Source: Macrostomum lignano (Eukaryota). From it: a DNA stretch of 64,000 bases. Numbering within the stretch: the first letter of the stretch is position 1; every line of letters starts with the position of its first letter. The DNA lies in the NCBI GenBank assembly GCA_002269645.1, contig NIVC01000083.1, positions 1 to 64,000 of the forward strand. Reading direction: 5' to 3'. The notes beneath the pieces are model-generated. The model searched no databases, was not told where the DNA came from, and saw only the letters and a list, made by a program, of their open reading frames with translations. Positions 34,490 to 46,619 of the stretch are shown here, piece after piece. The translations under genes were made by a program, and so were the position numbers.

Positions 34490-36117
34490 ATATTCTTATT
34501 TTCTATATTCTAAAAATAGCAAATATATTCTTATTAATCAAATAAAATACTTTTCAAGATCAAAGCAATCATATCAGCTCAAAAAAACACTTAGGTACTT
34601 TTTTAGTTCTTTAAACCATGCTAAAGAGGGTGGCCTATATGCCAGAATTTTCTAGTATGTATTTGTCTAGGCATATTTTGCTCAGCATATGTTATGGCAT
34701 AAAAACATTTTTAGTGTCTTTCAGATAAGTGACCTTTTTTGACCATTTTTCAACTGCACAATCTTTGTTTTTTATGCATATTGACATAGTGTAATCAGCT
34801 ATTACCTATTTTCATTTTGGTATGTATTTGATACATTCCTAAATAAGGATTAAAAAGATGCATAAATACCAATGCATATAGTTGCCACAAGTGGGGTACC
34901 ATCAAAATGACCATATGCAGAATGGTCAGACAAGAAAATAGCTATATAAAACAAAATTAAGGAAAGTAATTTTTACTATGCCTAATTTGGCAAGAAATTA
35001 GAATATACTATTAACATTATAAACTATTGTTATTTATGGACAATTTTATTTTCAGTTTTATTTGTTTATATTTTTCCCACATTTTCCTAAAATTTCTTCA
35101 ATTTTATATCTTTTATATTTTCAATTGTACTGCATTTTCTTTTGTCTGCAACTATTTATAATTTAGCACTATATTAAATGAATTGTATAGGCCCTAACAC
35201 TATACACAAAATAAAATTTTATCTTTGCTACTTTTTTCAAAAAATTATTGCACCAAGCTATATCAAATAGTTTGATATAATAAATGACTAGAGGATAGTC
35301 AAAATGATATGATTTCAGGTTGTTTTGTCTAATGACTTTACTTTTAATGCCATTTTATCTAAGAGATTTTTTGAGTCATTTTGTCTAACAAATTTATAGA
35401 CTATTTCTCAGTGAGATATGGTGTATATGCTATAACTTGAAATCTGCATTTATTTTGGTAAAAAAAGTTTTTACAATTTTTTTTAAATGGGCAACCAAGA
35501 GTTGACAAGCCTGATATTTATGATATTTCATTGAAAGGAACTAAGAAAGCTTATGTTACTGTGTAAAGTGTGGTATCATAGCCACAAAGTATGATAAAAT
35601 ATGATAAATAAATAATAAATATGATAAGAAGTATACTAAAAAATATACTAGCTTCTAGCTAGATCCACTAAATTTAGTGACCTTCATAACATTTAAAATG
35701 TTATCTTCATGCCAAGAAACTTGATTTTAATAAACCTAATTGCAAATAGTGCAATTATATTATATTATTATCATGACAATGTAAATTAGTTCAATAGGTT
35801 TATTAGCATGGACCTTTTTTATAGACCTTAAGACCTTTTTTCTTTTACTGAGTTTTGAATCCTTTTATTGGGAACAAATCAAAAGGATGACAGATCAAAA
35901 AGATAACAATTAAAAGGGCAACAGTTGAAAAAATGATAGTCAAAAAAGTGACAGTCAAGTAGGCAACAGTCATAACAGTTACAAGTGCATATGTATTAGA
36001 CTTGCATATATTGTCAAAAATTACATTTGTTTAAAATTAATTAAGTGAAAAATGTACAAATAGTTAAAATGTACATCTTAGAAAACTTAAGAGTCATACA
36101 TGTGCAACTTTGGGAAT

Positions 36118-36241
36118 CACCCAGCTGTTTCTATTGGCAACATATACATGTAAGTTGCTATTGGCTAAGAGCAGTCACATGATTACTATTTAATCCAATA
36201 GAAACTTACACGTGTATGTTGCCAATAGAAACGGCTGAGTG
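36118..36241. mobile_element. 124-bp palindromic MITE, CAC...GTG termini, 3-bp TSD AAT (CACTA-type)
   Basis: ~47-bp arms with a few mismatches; AAT on both sides (36115-17, 36242-44); absent at the equivalent position of the host element's right arm. Confidence 0.72.
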
Positions 36242-36973
36242 AATCGCAAGGCCAGGATGAAATTCTTGCTCGGGGGTAGGAAAATGTGCACACACAGTTT
36301 TAGAGCAACATGCAAATGTGCACGCCAGCTGTAAAAATAAGTCATAATGCAGATCATGGCAGCCCATACACAAAAAATGAAATTTCATTTTTCTTGTTTT
36401 TCAATTCTATGCCGACACAAATAAAAAAATTGTACTTGAAGTTTAAAGCAGCTTAAACACTACATTTCTTTTAAGAAAATATTCTTTAAAAATTATAAGA
36501 GTTTTATTAAACTTTAAAGTAACTGCTTTTGCTTAAAACTATTATTCTTTGTTTTACTTTTGTTTTGAAATTTTCCAGCATAAAAACGGTGTAAGACCAA
36601 GATGGCCACACACCAAGATGGCCACAGCTGGGGTGGGGGTCACGGAAAATGATAGCTGGTTTACTATTGGATAGCTTCGGGTGGGGAGATGTGGGGTTGC
36701 AATGGGGGGTTTAGACAGGCAGTCAAAATTTTATGACAAAAATGGTTACAAGTCTTAATTTCCTACTTATAGTAGGGCCCTAAGAGGTGTAAACGTATTT
36801 TGCATTAAACAAATCTCTTCTTCATATAAAATCTGGTGTAGCTTTTTTCCATTTCTCTTATTGGTCGAGACTAATTTACTTGTTTAAAGGGATAAAAACT
36901 GGGTAAATTTCATGCCCTGTTCAAAATTCATCTGTCTCATTCACTGACAGCAGTCTAAGCACTTAGATATAAA

Positions 36974-37426
36974 ATGGCTGGCGCATATCCATGTGTGGTC
37001 TGTCTGCAGCCAGTTTGCGATGGACAAGAAGCAATTGAGTGTTCTCAATGCTTGAATTGGCAGCACCGTGCATGTGATAGTTGCGTCACAATCGATCAGT
37101 ATTCTGCAATGAGAAATGTCGGTGAGTTTTTCTGGCTTTGCAATCAATGCAATAGATGGGCTCCTGCAGGTAACTTAGCAGTGTCTCAAGCTGCAGATGC
37201 TGCAGTGGTACATGTACAAGCCCCGAATTCTGGACCAGTGGCTGTTCCTCTGCCTGCTGAAAATCCAGAACCAGTGCATTTGATTCCGGCACAAGCAGAA
37301 AATTTTCTTTACCAGTATCCAGATTTCAATGACCCTGATCCAGCTCTGGAAGAATCCATTCAAATTCCTCCAGCAGAGCTTGCACTGCCCCGCAGCCCAA
37401 CTCCCCAGCCCTTTGAGATGATTTAG
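36974..37426 (+). CDS. PHD-finger ORF inside the foldback element, probably truncated by the repeat array that follows
   Basis: CVVC..PV...EAIECSQC..WQHRAC...WLCNQC is a C4HC3 PHD. The ORF stops where a TGTGAAGTTTCGCG array (37425-37625) begins. Confidence 0.65.
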   Translation: MAGAYPCVVCLQPVCDGQEAIECSQCLNWQHRACDSCVTIDQYSAMRNVGEFFWLCNQCNRWAPAGNLAVSQAADAAVVHVQAPNSGPVAVPLPAENPEPVHLIPAQAENFLYQYPDFNDPDPALEESIQIPPAELALPRSPTPQPFEMI

Positions 37427-38239
37427 CGGTTGTGAAGTTTCGCGTTTGTGAAGTTTCGCGTTTATGAAAGTGACTGCAAAAAAATAGCAGTTGTGAAGTT
37501 TCGCGGTTATGAAGTTTCGCGGTTGTGAAAGTAGGTGAATTAGCGGTTGTGAAGTTTCGCAGTTATGAAGTTTTGCAGTTGTGAAAGTAAATGATTTAGC
37601 GGTTGTGAAATTTTGCGTTTGTGAAAGCAACCCCTGCGGGGCAGACCCATAGAAATTTTTCCAGTTTCCAAGATAATATTGACTTATAGGGAATAAACAC
37701 ATACCGTACGAGCTCAAATTTGAGCTCAAATCCTAAATGTTTAAACATTGCCACATGAGCATGGAGTCACAACATAGTTTGAATATAATGGAAAGTGCAT
37801 GTAAATAAGCAAAAAGCAGTATCCAACAGGGCAACACGAGCAAACTTTCAATACGCTAATTGGGAGGGGATTAAGCAATCACGGGCTGACTACCATTCTG
37901 CCACTCAGCGGGGGTCGAATGGGAGACTAACTCCTAATAAATACATTTTCTCAGTCCTATAATCTTTAATGGCATGACACGGCCTTCACACATGGGGGCT
38001 CCAAGGCCTCTACGCTCCTTCCAGTGATTTTTTTAGAATAGTCTTAGGCTCTTAGCAAAGACAGCGCACTGCCCCCATCCACCAGAAGGTGGGTGGGCAC
38101 ATTCTCGATTGGATATTCTACAACAATATCTCTCCCGCATTGCCTTCTAGCTGGCCTCAGCTGGTACAAGTCGGGCACTTTTTCAAACATAGGCTTCTTT
38201 CCTATGTTTGCTATCTATCTTTCCTATCTTTCCTTCTTT

Positions 38240-39520
38240 CCTAAGGGGAAAGAGTGGAGACCAGAGATAAATGAGAAGAGAGAGCAAAGATGAAAGAGAA
38301 GAGAGGTGAGGGAAGATTGACGAGAGAAGATGGGAGAGAGGAGATAGGAAAGAAGAGAAGAGAAGAGAAGAGAGAGAGAGGAAACAAAAGAGAAGATAGA
38401 AGTTTCAAAGGATCCGAGGGGCATAGAGAGAGACAGCAGGCCAGAGATTTTGCCGATACATGTTTTCGAAAGACAAGTTTTTGTTTGAGTATGACTTCAG
38501 ATTTTAGAATTTAGAACTAGATATAAGCTGAGCTGAGAGAGAAGATGAAAGTAGAGGCTGAGAGTAGAGAGGCTGAGAGCAGAGAGGGGCTAAGAGCAGA
38601 GAGGGGCTGAGAGTAGAGAGGGGCTGGGGATAGAGGTTGAGAGTGGATAGAGGCTGAGAGTAGAGAGAGGCTGAGAGTGGAAAGGCTGAGAATAGAGGGG
38701 TTGAGAGTAGATAGAGGTTGAGAGTAGAGAGGTTGAGAGTAGAGAGGCTAGTTCACGTTGTTCTCAATCCCATTCCACTATACATGTAGTTTTTATCTAA
38801 TGTGACTAAGCCAGGTGCTTTTAGTGCAGGGGTTGGCAAACTTTTTACCTCGATTGAGAACCCAGCTCATGACTGCCCTTCTAGTCCGCTTCGTTAGCCC
38901 CCAAAGTGAAGCGAGGAGTCCTGATGACAGAGCGGGCCAGAGGTGAGGAGAGAGGGTAAGGAATAGAGAAGAGAAATACAAGCATAGGATAAAGGAGAGG
39001 CGAAGGAATAAAGGAGAAGAGAGTTGATGAGAGGAGAGATTAAATACGAGCGGAGGGAGAGGAGAAGGAAGATTAATGGAGAGGAGGGGAAAGGAGGAAA
39101 GGGAGAAGAGAATGAAGAGGAAAAGGAAGATGAGAGCAAAGAGGTGAGGAGAGAGGAGAGGAGAGAGGAGAGGAGAGAGGAGAGAGGTGAGGAGAGGAGA
39201 GAGGAGAGGGCAGAGATGAGAGAGAGAAAAGATGAGAGGAGAGGGCAGACATGAGAGAAAAAAGATAAGAGAAAAGGGCAGACATGAGAGAGAGAATAGA
39301 TGAGAGAGAGGGCAAGAGATGAGAGGAGAGGGCAGAGATGAGAGAGAGAAAGATGATACAGGAGAGGGCAGGGATGAGAGAGGAGAGGGCAAGAGATGAG
39401 AAAGGAGAGAGCAGAGATGAGAGAGAGAGAAAAGATTAGAGACGAGAGGGCAGAGATGACAGAGAAAAGATAAGAGATGAGAGTGCAGAGATGAGAAAAA
39501 AGATGAGAGACAAGAGGGCA
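38240..39520. repeat. AG-rich low-complexity and degenerate minisatellite tract
   Basis: GAGAG-rich runs visible; source of the Ser/Leu ORFs on the minus strand. Confidence 0.85.
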
Positions 39521-42298
39521 CTCCAATTTTTGCTAACTTCTATCATAACTAATACCTTTACCCTCTACTTTTAACTTTTAACATATACAAACAACATGTC
39601 AGTTTTAGTATATTGAGATAGGTTTGAAACTATTATCCATGATACAAAAATCAAATGTCTTGTGCTAGTAGTGCTACTAGCTTTAGTAGGTAGTAATACC
39701 TGCTGTAAAGGGAAGTGTTTTTTGTTTTACTTAGTCTAATTTCACTAACGAAATCTGTTTTCTCTGAGACTTGAAGCTACGTCATACCCCACCCCAATCA
39801 TAGCCAATAGGAAATGAGGAATTATATAGACCTACTCCTATCCAAGCAGCCATTCAGAGCTGTGGCCATCTTGGTGTGTGGCCATCTTGGTCATGCAACC
39901 TTCCAGACTCTGAAAAATAAGAGAACTTGAGCACGCATATGCCACATGGCATATAACCTTGTTGAATGCATGTAAAAGTCAAATCCTATCTGTGATTCTG
40001 TGGCAAACAGCTTCTTGTGCAAGCGCATACGATGGAGCGCGCACACACCTTCTTTAAGAGCCCACAAGTAGGCTCCTTTTTAGCGTGCAAGCGCATACAA
40101 ATTTGACAAGCGTGCACAAACGTGTAACAACTTTTGAGCAAAAATTCCATCCTGGTCCCAAGGTTGCGCCTAAGCATGCTTAGAGTACATGCATGTATAG
40201 TAATGTACCAAGGCCTACTCAAGTATTGAAGGACAGGAAACCCTGTTGGAACATTTTGAGGTAGTTTTTTTCCAAAAAATATATATTAAACATAGCAAGT
40301 TTTCATTCTTAGCACAGAAAGTTGTTATTGCTCTTAGTCTAGACTCAATGAGCCAATGCTCATCTTTTGATATGTTTTGCCTTTTTTATAGGTCTATTGA
40401 TATTGATATTCATAAAACTTTTCTATATTTAGCAAATAATTATAAAGTAGACTGCAAATTCATATAACTACTACTCATAAAATAAATTTTAACAAAGTTA
40501 ACAAATATGCATGTATAAGTCTAGGCCTAATTTTAATTACTCATACATTTTAACAAATATATTTTGAACACATAGAAGTCTAATACATGTGAACTTGTAA
40601 TTGTAATAAATATATTATGATTGTTGTTACCCTTTGACTGTTGACTTTATGATCTATTGCCCTTTTGACCTGTAGCCCCTTCATCTAAGGATTAGACAAA
40701 AAGGCATTAGAAGAATCAACCAGATACCAAGGATACTTCCATTCAAGAATATTTTGTAACAAAAATGGACAATTTAGTTTCTTAACAAAACTTACTGGTA
40801 AGTATTCATCCATTGCAGGTGCAGGAGGTAGCTAAGCCTAGTCTTTGTTAACTTTAGTTGAAGGATGCTACCCAGTAGTTTAAATTATTAACAAAATTAA
40901 ACAGCTATTTCAAAAAAATTAGATTTAGTACTTAGTAGGCCAAAAGACGCAAAACATGATTTGATTTTACTTTTTGTTGAAATTCAATTGTAGGGCCTAT
41001 TGTCCTGAAAAAAAGTTCACTTGACTTTTATAGTCTTAGGCCAAGTCGCCCTGCTTACTTTATTATTGTCTCTTAAAAATGGTATTAAAGAAACTAAATT
41101 TTATACAAAACAAAAAGCGCAACTGGAATTATTTCTAACACCAATCTGCTGCTGCTCAAGTGCTAACTAACAGGTCACGGGAAAGTAATTCAAATAGTTG
41201 TTTACTATATTTTAAGAAACAAACCATTATAACAATTAACCAGATAAAAAATTACGTGATTTAAATATTAACAGGTTTTTGTGAAAATTTTAAGAATAGT
41301 ATAGTTTTTATTTTGTTTAAATAAAGTTAGGAGCACGTAAAGCGTGTTTATCATATTTACAATTGCGACGTTTCGTATTCAAACTTGTTTTAATTAGAGG
41401 CTTTAATTTGTAACAGATAACTTATAAGCTCACCCTAATCTAGCTTTTAAAGTAAAAAAAAACAATCATTTAACTTAAAGTTAATAATAATTTTACGTTC
41501 CCTTTTGCTTATAATGTTTATTTTCGCTTAACACTATGTAGGTACCAAGCCTATATACCATAAACAACTGGTTTCTAATGGAGTAAATCATGTAAATGGA
41601 CATAAAATATAAATAAATAAAACCTAATACTATTTATAATTTAGGTCTCTTCTATTATTTTGAATTTTAATGACTTCAAATATTTTTCAAAAGATCTAAT
41701 ATATAAATTGAGTAGTAGCAGCTTCTACTGTGCCTTCTAGAGTAGGTTATAACTTTTTATATTTTTTGTGTTTGTTATTTATTTGGTAATGATCTTTCCA
41801 TTAAATAAACATGTATGGTAGGTTGGTCTATTTATTTATTTATAGATATTTCTACTTACAAATTCCCTTAACTTTTTTCCTTTATTTCAATATTTATTTA
41901 GCACTATTTAAATGCCTAATAAAAATATGTTATTATAACTCATAACAATAGCAAATTTTTAGTGCACATGTCACTTTATACCTTGATTTTAAGAAGGACC
42001 AGAACTATAAAATAGCAAAATTCAAGGAAGCTCAAGATATATTTCAATAAAAAAGGCAAAATGCATAGAATATAATGATAGTAGAGTACAAATATGTCAT
42101 AACAAATATCAAGCTAAACACTTTTATTTATTTAAAATTTATCAACTATAACTATACTGTACTTTCCTAGGATGTCTTGATTGCTTTGATACTAGAAGTC
42201 CTAATGAGTATCCTAACTATATATAGACTAAATAACAAACAGCCTATCCTGTAATTAATCTTTCCAGTGCATTTAATCCAGAATCACCACCCAAGACA

Positions 42299-42490
42299 AT
42301 GGCAGCAATGCTACCTAAGCTAGCTGACATACAGCGCCTATCAAGTTCAATAATCCGCATTCTTGGCCAAAATCCAAGCCCATTTACTCTACAAGGCACT
42401 AATTGTTATTTAATTGGCACTGGAGCCAAGCTCTTAATGATTGACACCAGCAGTCCAGATAAGCCAGAGTATATTGACTTAGTGCGCCAG
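42299..42490 (+). CDS. LACTB2: LACTB2 (metallo-beta-lactamase-fold endoribonuclease) exon 1
   Basis: IIRILGQNPSPFTLQGTNCYLIGTG...IDT; donor CAG|GTATGT. Confidence 0.93.
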
Positions 42491-42512
42491 GTATGTTAGA
42501 GTGGCGGGACTT

Positions 42513-43190
42513 GAATGGGACTCTCAATATTTGGGACTAGAATGGGACTCTCAATATTCGGGACTAGAATGGGACTCTTATCTAGGACTAAAATAGGATT
42601 CTCAACATTCGGGACTAGAATGGGACTCTCAATATTCGAGACTAGAATGGGACTCTCAATATTCGAGACTAGAATGGGACTCTCAATACTCGGGACTAGA
42701 ATGGGACTCTCAATATTCGAGACTAGAATGGGACTCTCAATACTCGGGACTAGAACGGGACTCTCAATATTCGGAACTAGAATGGGACTCTCAATACTCG
42801 GGACTAGAATCGGACCCTTAATATTTGGTACTGGAATGGGACTCTCAATATTCGGGACTAGAATGGGACTCTTTATATTTGGGACTAGAATGGGACTCTA
42901 ATATTCGGGACTAGAATGGGACTCTCAATACTCGGGACTAGAATGGGACTCTCAATACTCGGGACTAGAATGGGACTCTCAATATTCGGGACTAGAATGG
43001 GACTCTCAATATTCGGGACTAGAATGGGACTCTCAATATTCGAGACTAGAATGGGACTCTCAATACTCGGGACTAGAATGGGACTCTCAATACTCGGGAC
43101 TAGAATGGGACTCTCAATACTCGGGACTAGAATGGGACTCTCAATACTCGGAACTAGAATGGGACTCTTATCTGGGACTAAAATAGGAAT
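42513..43190. repeat. Minisatellite, 27-bp unit GAATGGGACTCTCAATATTCGGGACTA, in LACTB2 intron 1
   Basis: Tandem units; a remnant (TCTCAATATTCGGCACTA) continues beyond the LTR at 45411. Confidence 0.95.
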
Positions 43191-43191
43191 C

Positions 43192-45408
43192 TGATGTAAC
43201 CGCCCTTGTCGCCTGTCCGCTCCGTAGAGAGACGAACGCATGGCTAGAGGGGGCAATGACCGTAGGCTGCCTATGACCGGGCAATGACCTGACGGACCTC
43301 CAGCACCAGACTGTCCCGCCCACATGATTAGTAGCTTTGGTAGCGCTTCGTGACCAGAGGGCCAAGGACCCACATGGACCCCACCTGTAGCCAAGGTGCA
43401 ATAGTTGGTCACTCGGTCATGGTATGACCGAGTGGCTGCCACCACTCTATGTGACCTGGCGCACCTGGATCTTTCTACCAGACCTCTCGAGACTAGAGCC
43501 CCGCCTGGATTGGTTACCAGGGGATTTAGGCTAACAGGGGAGACGCATGCAGCCGAGTACAGGGACTCTGCTTGGGGCATGATCGGGAACTCTGGGCTCA
43601 ATCCTGGAGGATTTCTCAGCAGGGGATCCTTTGTGGCTGTGAGCGAGGCTGACTTGCGACTTTGATTACTAAGAGTAGTATGAGGCGAACATGTACTGTC
43701 TACGGTTTAGATTGCTCAGGGCGAAGGGACGCGTTAGCATGGGGTTGCAACCTTCCTACTGCCATTCTGTGCCAAGACTCGCTAATCCCTCTACTGCACG
43801 CACACGCGGCCCCGCAGCACGCACTCACAGGCGGGCTTTGCACGGGGAGAGGCCATTAGCTTACCCAAACTTCCTTATGCTTTGCCACCCCGGGAGAAAG
43901 GCTAGCAAGCCATGAGTGAAATGATGGTGAAAGATTGAATAATGATGAAGTTAGTTAATAGTTAATAATTAGGCCCTTAGGCAAATAAGCAGGCAATTAG
44001 GCGGCTTCACTATTGAGTAAAATACAGCAAAAGATACGGTATCACAATTGGCTCAGCTCTCTGATCAGACAATGGAAAATAGGCAAACCCCGGATAAGCA
44101 AAGGCAATTAGAGCACAAATTAGTAGTAGGAACTTACCGGCAGCTGCACAGAGAGAGAGAGAGAGGCGGAGTGACCGAGGGCGGCTGTAGGCTGCAGTCA
44201 GGCAGACGGTGAAGCGGCGATGCGCTGGAGCGACGAGGCGCTGATGTAGATCAGGCGATGCTGATGATGCTGGGCGGTATCAGACCGCTGGCCGATAGGC
44301 GAGCTCACTTGGGGAGCTAAGGATAACTTGGCGGTAACAGACCGCGGACCGGCAGGGATTCGTCTTATAGACGAATGGGTCAGAACTCAATCTGACAGCA
44401 AGTCCAAAGAAGGACGAGGAGAGGAACAGAGATAAACTCAGTTGAGTATTCTCATGCCGAAATCGCTTCCTTTTATAGACCTCACAGCCGCCTCCTCAAG
44501 GTCGTTACCATGGCTCCCTCTCTCTGATTGGCTGCCGGCAGAATGACGTCAGAATGAGTCATGATGAGAAGCATGAGACCGGCATAGCAACATGAGAAAT
44601 CGGGAAATTGCGCAATCCGGAGGTGGGGTGGGGGATAATTGGCGCAGCGGGTGGTCGCGAAAGTGTTGCGCAAGCAAACATTGAGAACAATAGGGCTGGG
44701 GTCGAGAACAAAGGAATTGGAAATCGGGGATAATTGGGGAAAACTGAGAACAATGGAAAAGTAAACATTGGAGAAAAGGTGATAATTAGGTGCGAAAACG
44801 AGAACAAAAGAAAGAGAAAATCGGAGAAAATGTGATAATTGGTGGGGGTCGAGAGAACAAAAGAAGCAAAAACGAGAACAATAGAAGCGGAGGTGGGGTG
44901 GGTGTCACATGAGAAATTTGGGAAGGAGAACAATAGCGTGAGAAAAGGTTGCGCAAGAGAGGGGATGAGTCATCGATGAGTCACCGAGGGGGAGAAGGGG
45001 TCACACGACTTGCGTCACCGTTTGGGAGTTTGAGAGGGGATGGGGAGACGGTGAGCACACAAAGTACTGTAAGTAGACACAGGGAAAGAGGGGACAGCGC
45101 AGGAAAAGAGTGCAGAGGGAGACAAAAAAAGGGAGGAGGTAGAGAAAGTACAGGAAGAATAGGGCGGGAACAGAAGAGATAGGGTAGAGGGGGAGGTACA
45201 GAAAGGGGTAGGGGCTCCGGAAAGGCAGGTGTGGCGGCAGGAGAGACGGGACCAAGGCAGCAGGAGGGGTGCAGCAGAGCGGGAGTCTCCAGGCCCGGTC
45301 GGAGACCTGGCCGAGTCTCGACAGCTCTGTGCAGAGGGTGCACGGGATAGGAGGCACTTTCGAAAAAGTTCCCATGCCCTATCCCGCGACCAGAGCGTGG
45401 TTACATCA
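43192..45408 (-). mobile_element. Large solo LTR, 2217 bp, copy 2 of the family
   Basis: TGATGTAAC...GTTACATCA, 4-bp TSD AATC (43188-91 and 45409-12). Confidence 0.88.
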
Positions 45409-45465
45409 AATCTCAATATTCGGCACTAAATCGCACTTACATTTTATTTTCCCAATCAAAATAAG

Positions 45466-45699
45466 GTGCTGCGGGAAGAGCGCTGCACCGTGGATAAGTT
45501 GGTGCTCACTCACTGGCACCCCGATCATGGTGGCAGCGCTGTGGCGCTTCAGCAGATGCTGTGGACTGAAAGCGCCGCCTACGCCACTGTGCACAAGTTT
45601 CCCTCGCTGACGCATCCGCAGCCGCCCCACACTGACGGATTGGTGTTTCACAACCTGCGAGATGGTGACCTGCTGCAGTGCGGCGAAGTGCAGCTGAAG
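45466..45699 (+). CDS. LACTB2: LACTB2 exon 2
   Basis: Metal-binding THWHPDH (HxHxDH); AG|GTG ... AAG|GTGCGG, phase 0. Confidence 0.92.
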
Positions 45700-45734
45700 G
45701 TGCGGTTGCTTGGTGACCTTGCGATGTCTAGGGC

Positions 45735-45905
45735 CACTTTCTCAGATCCTCAGTTGCTGGGCCATTCTCTCAGATCCTCAGTTGCTGGGCCATTCTCTCA
45801 GATCCTCAGTTGCTGGGCCATTCTCTCAGATCCTCAGTTGCTGGGCCAGCCTCCCAGACTGTCAGTTGCTGGGACAGCCTCCCAGATCAGTTGCTGGGCC
45901 ACCCA
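45735..45905. repeat. Short 28-bp tandem array CTCAGATCCTCAGTTGCTGGGCCATTCT in LACTB2 intron 2
   Basis: About 5-6 degenerate copies. Confidence 0.85.
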
Positions 45906-45938
45906 GCTAAAAGTACACTCGCACGCGTGACCACGCAG

Positions 45939-46196
45939 GTGCTGCACACGCCGGGACACACAGACGATCACCTGTGCCTGCTCTATCCGACCGAGTCCGC
46001 ACTGTTCTGTGGCGACTCTGTCCTCGGTCATGGCAGCGGCGTATTCGAGGACCTCACCGGCTACATGCGCTCCCTGCGTCTCATGCAGACCCTGCCTGAC
46101 ATTCGAGTCATGTACTCGGCTCACGGTGACGTCATTGAGCAACCAGCTGATAAGCTGAACGATTACATTGAGCACAGGATGCAGAGAATTGGTCAG
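45939..46196 (+). CDS. LACTB2: LACTB2 exon 3
   Basis: VLHTPGHTDDH, LFCGDSVLGHGS.VFEDL..YM.SL, YSAHG; phase 0/0. Confidence 0.93.
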
Positions 46197-46291
46197 GTGC
46201 GCCACTAGATTGATCACATTGATCCTTTAAACGACGTAGCTCTACCCATAAACTACACCGTGATGTCTTCAAACTCTAACGCCTCTCCCAG

Positions 46292-46498
46292 GTGCAAACC
46301 GCTGTAGCCAAAGCTGGACCGTCAGGCGCCACGCCGGAGGCTCTGGTGGACACTGTGTACCCGGAGGTCACGGACCCCGCTCTGCGAATGGGCGCCCTGC
46401 GCAATCTTGGTCAGGCGTTAAAGTTTCTAGCCGACGAAGGCATCGTTGAATGTCTGGACGGCGATGTCTGGCGATTAGCTAGGACGAACAAACTTTGA
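46292..46498 (+). CDS. LACTB2: LACTB2 exon 4; spliced total 891 nt (296 aa)
   Basis: Acceptor ctctcccAG|GTG; LVDTVYP...GALRNL.QALKFL..EG C-terminal domain; TGA. Confidence 0.88.
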   Translation: MQTAVAKAGPSGATPEALVDTVYPEVTDPALRMGALRNLGQALKFLADEGIVECLDGDVWRLARTNKL

Positions 46499-46619
46499 TG
46501 GAATACCTGGTGTCTGCACTGTGCGTATGGCGAATTTCTCGAATATTTACTTCTTTTAATGCGTTACTTAATAGTCTGTTAAAGGGCATAAGAGCTTGTT
46601 GTTATCTAGACGAGATAGA

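Larger units (their letters stand above)
35868..40679 (+). mobile_element. Foldback/Mutator-like element (~4.8 kb) with ~0.85 kb diverged inverted arms
   Basis: Inverted matches at 35870-36050/40500-40679 and 36250-36330/40080-40170, plus an exact 34-bp pair at 36596-36629/39858-39891, all symmetric about ~38240. GGG/CCCC ends; no TSD found. Confidence 0.7.

Noticed and set aside
45700-45930. Read-through extension of LACTB2 ORF 45466-45930
   Set aside because: The extension is intron 2 with a 28-bp array; splicing at 45699/45939 restores the conserved LACTB2 sequence.
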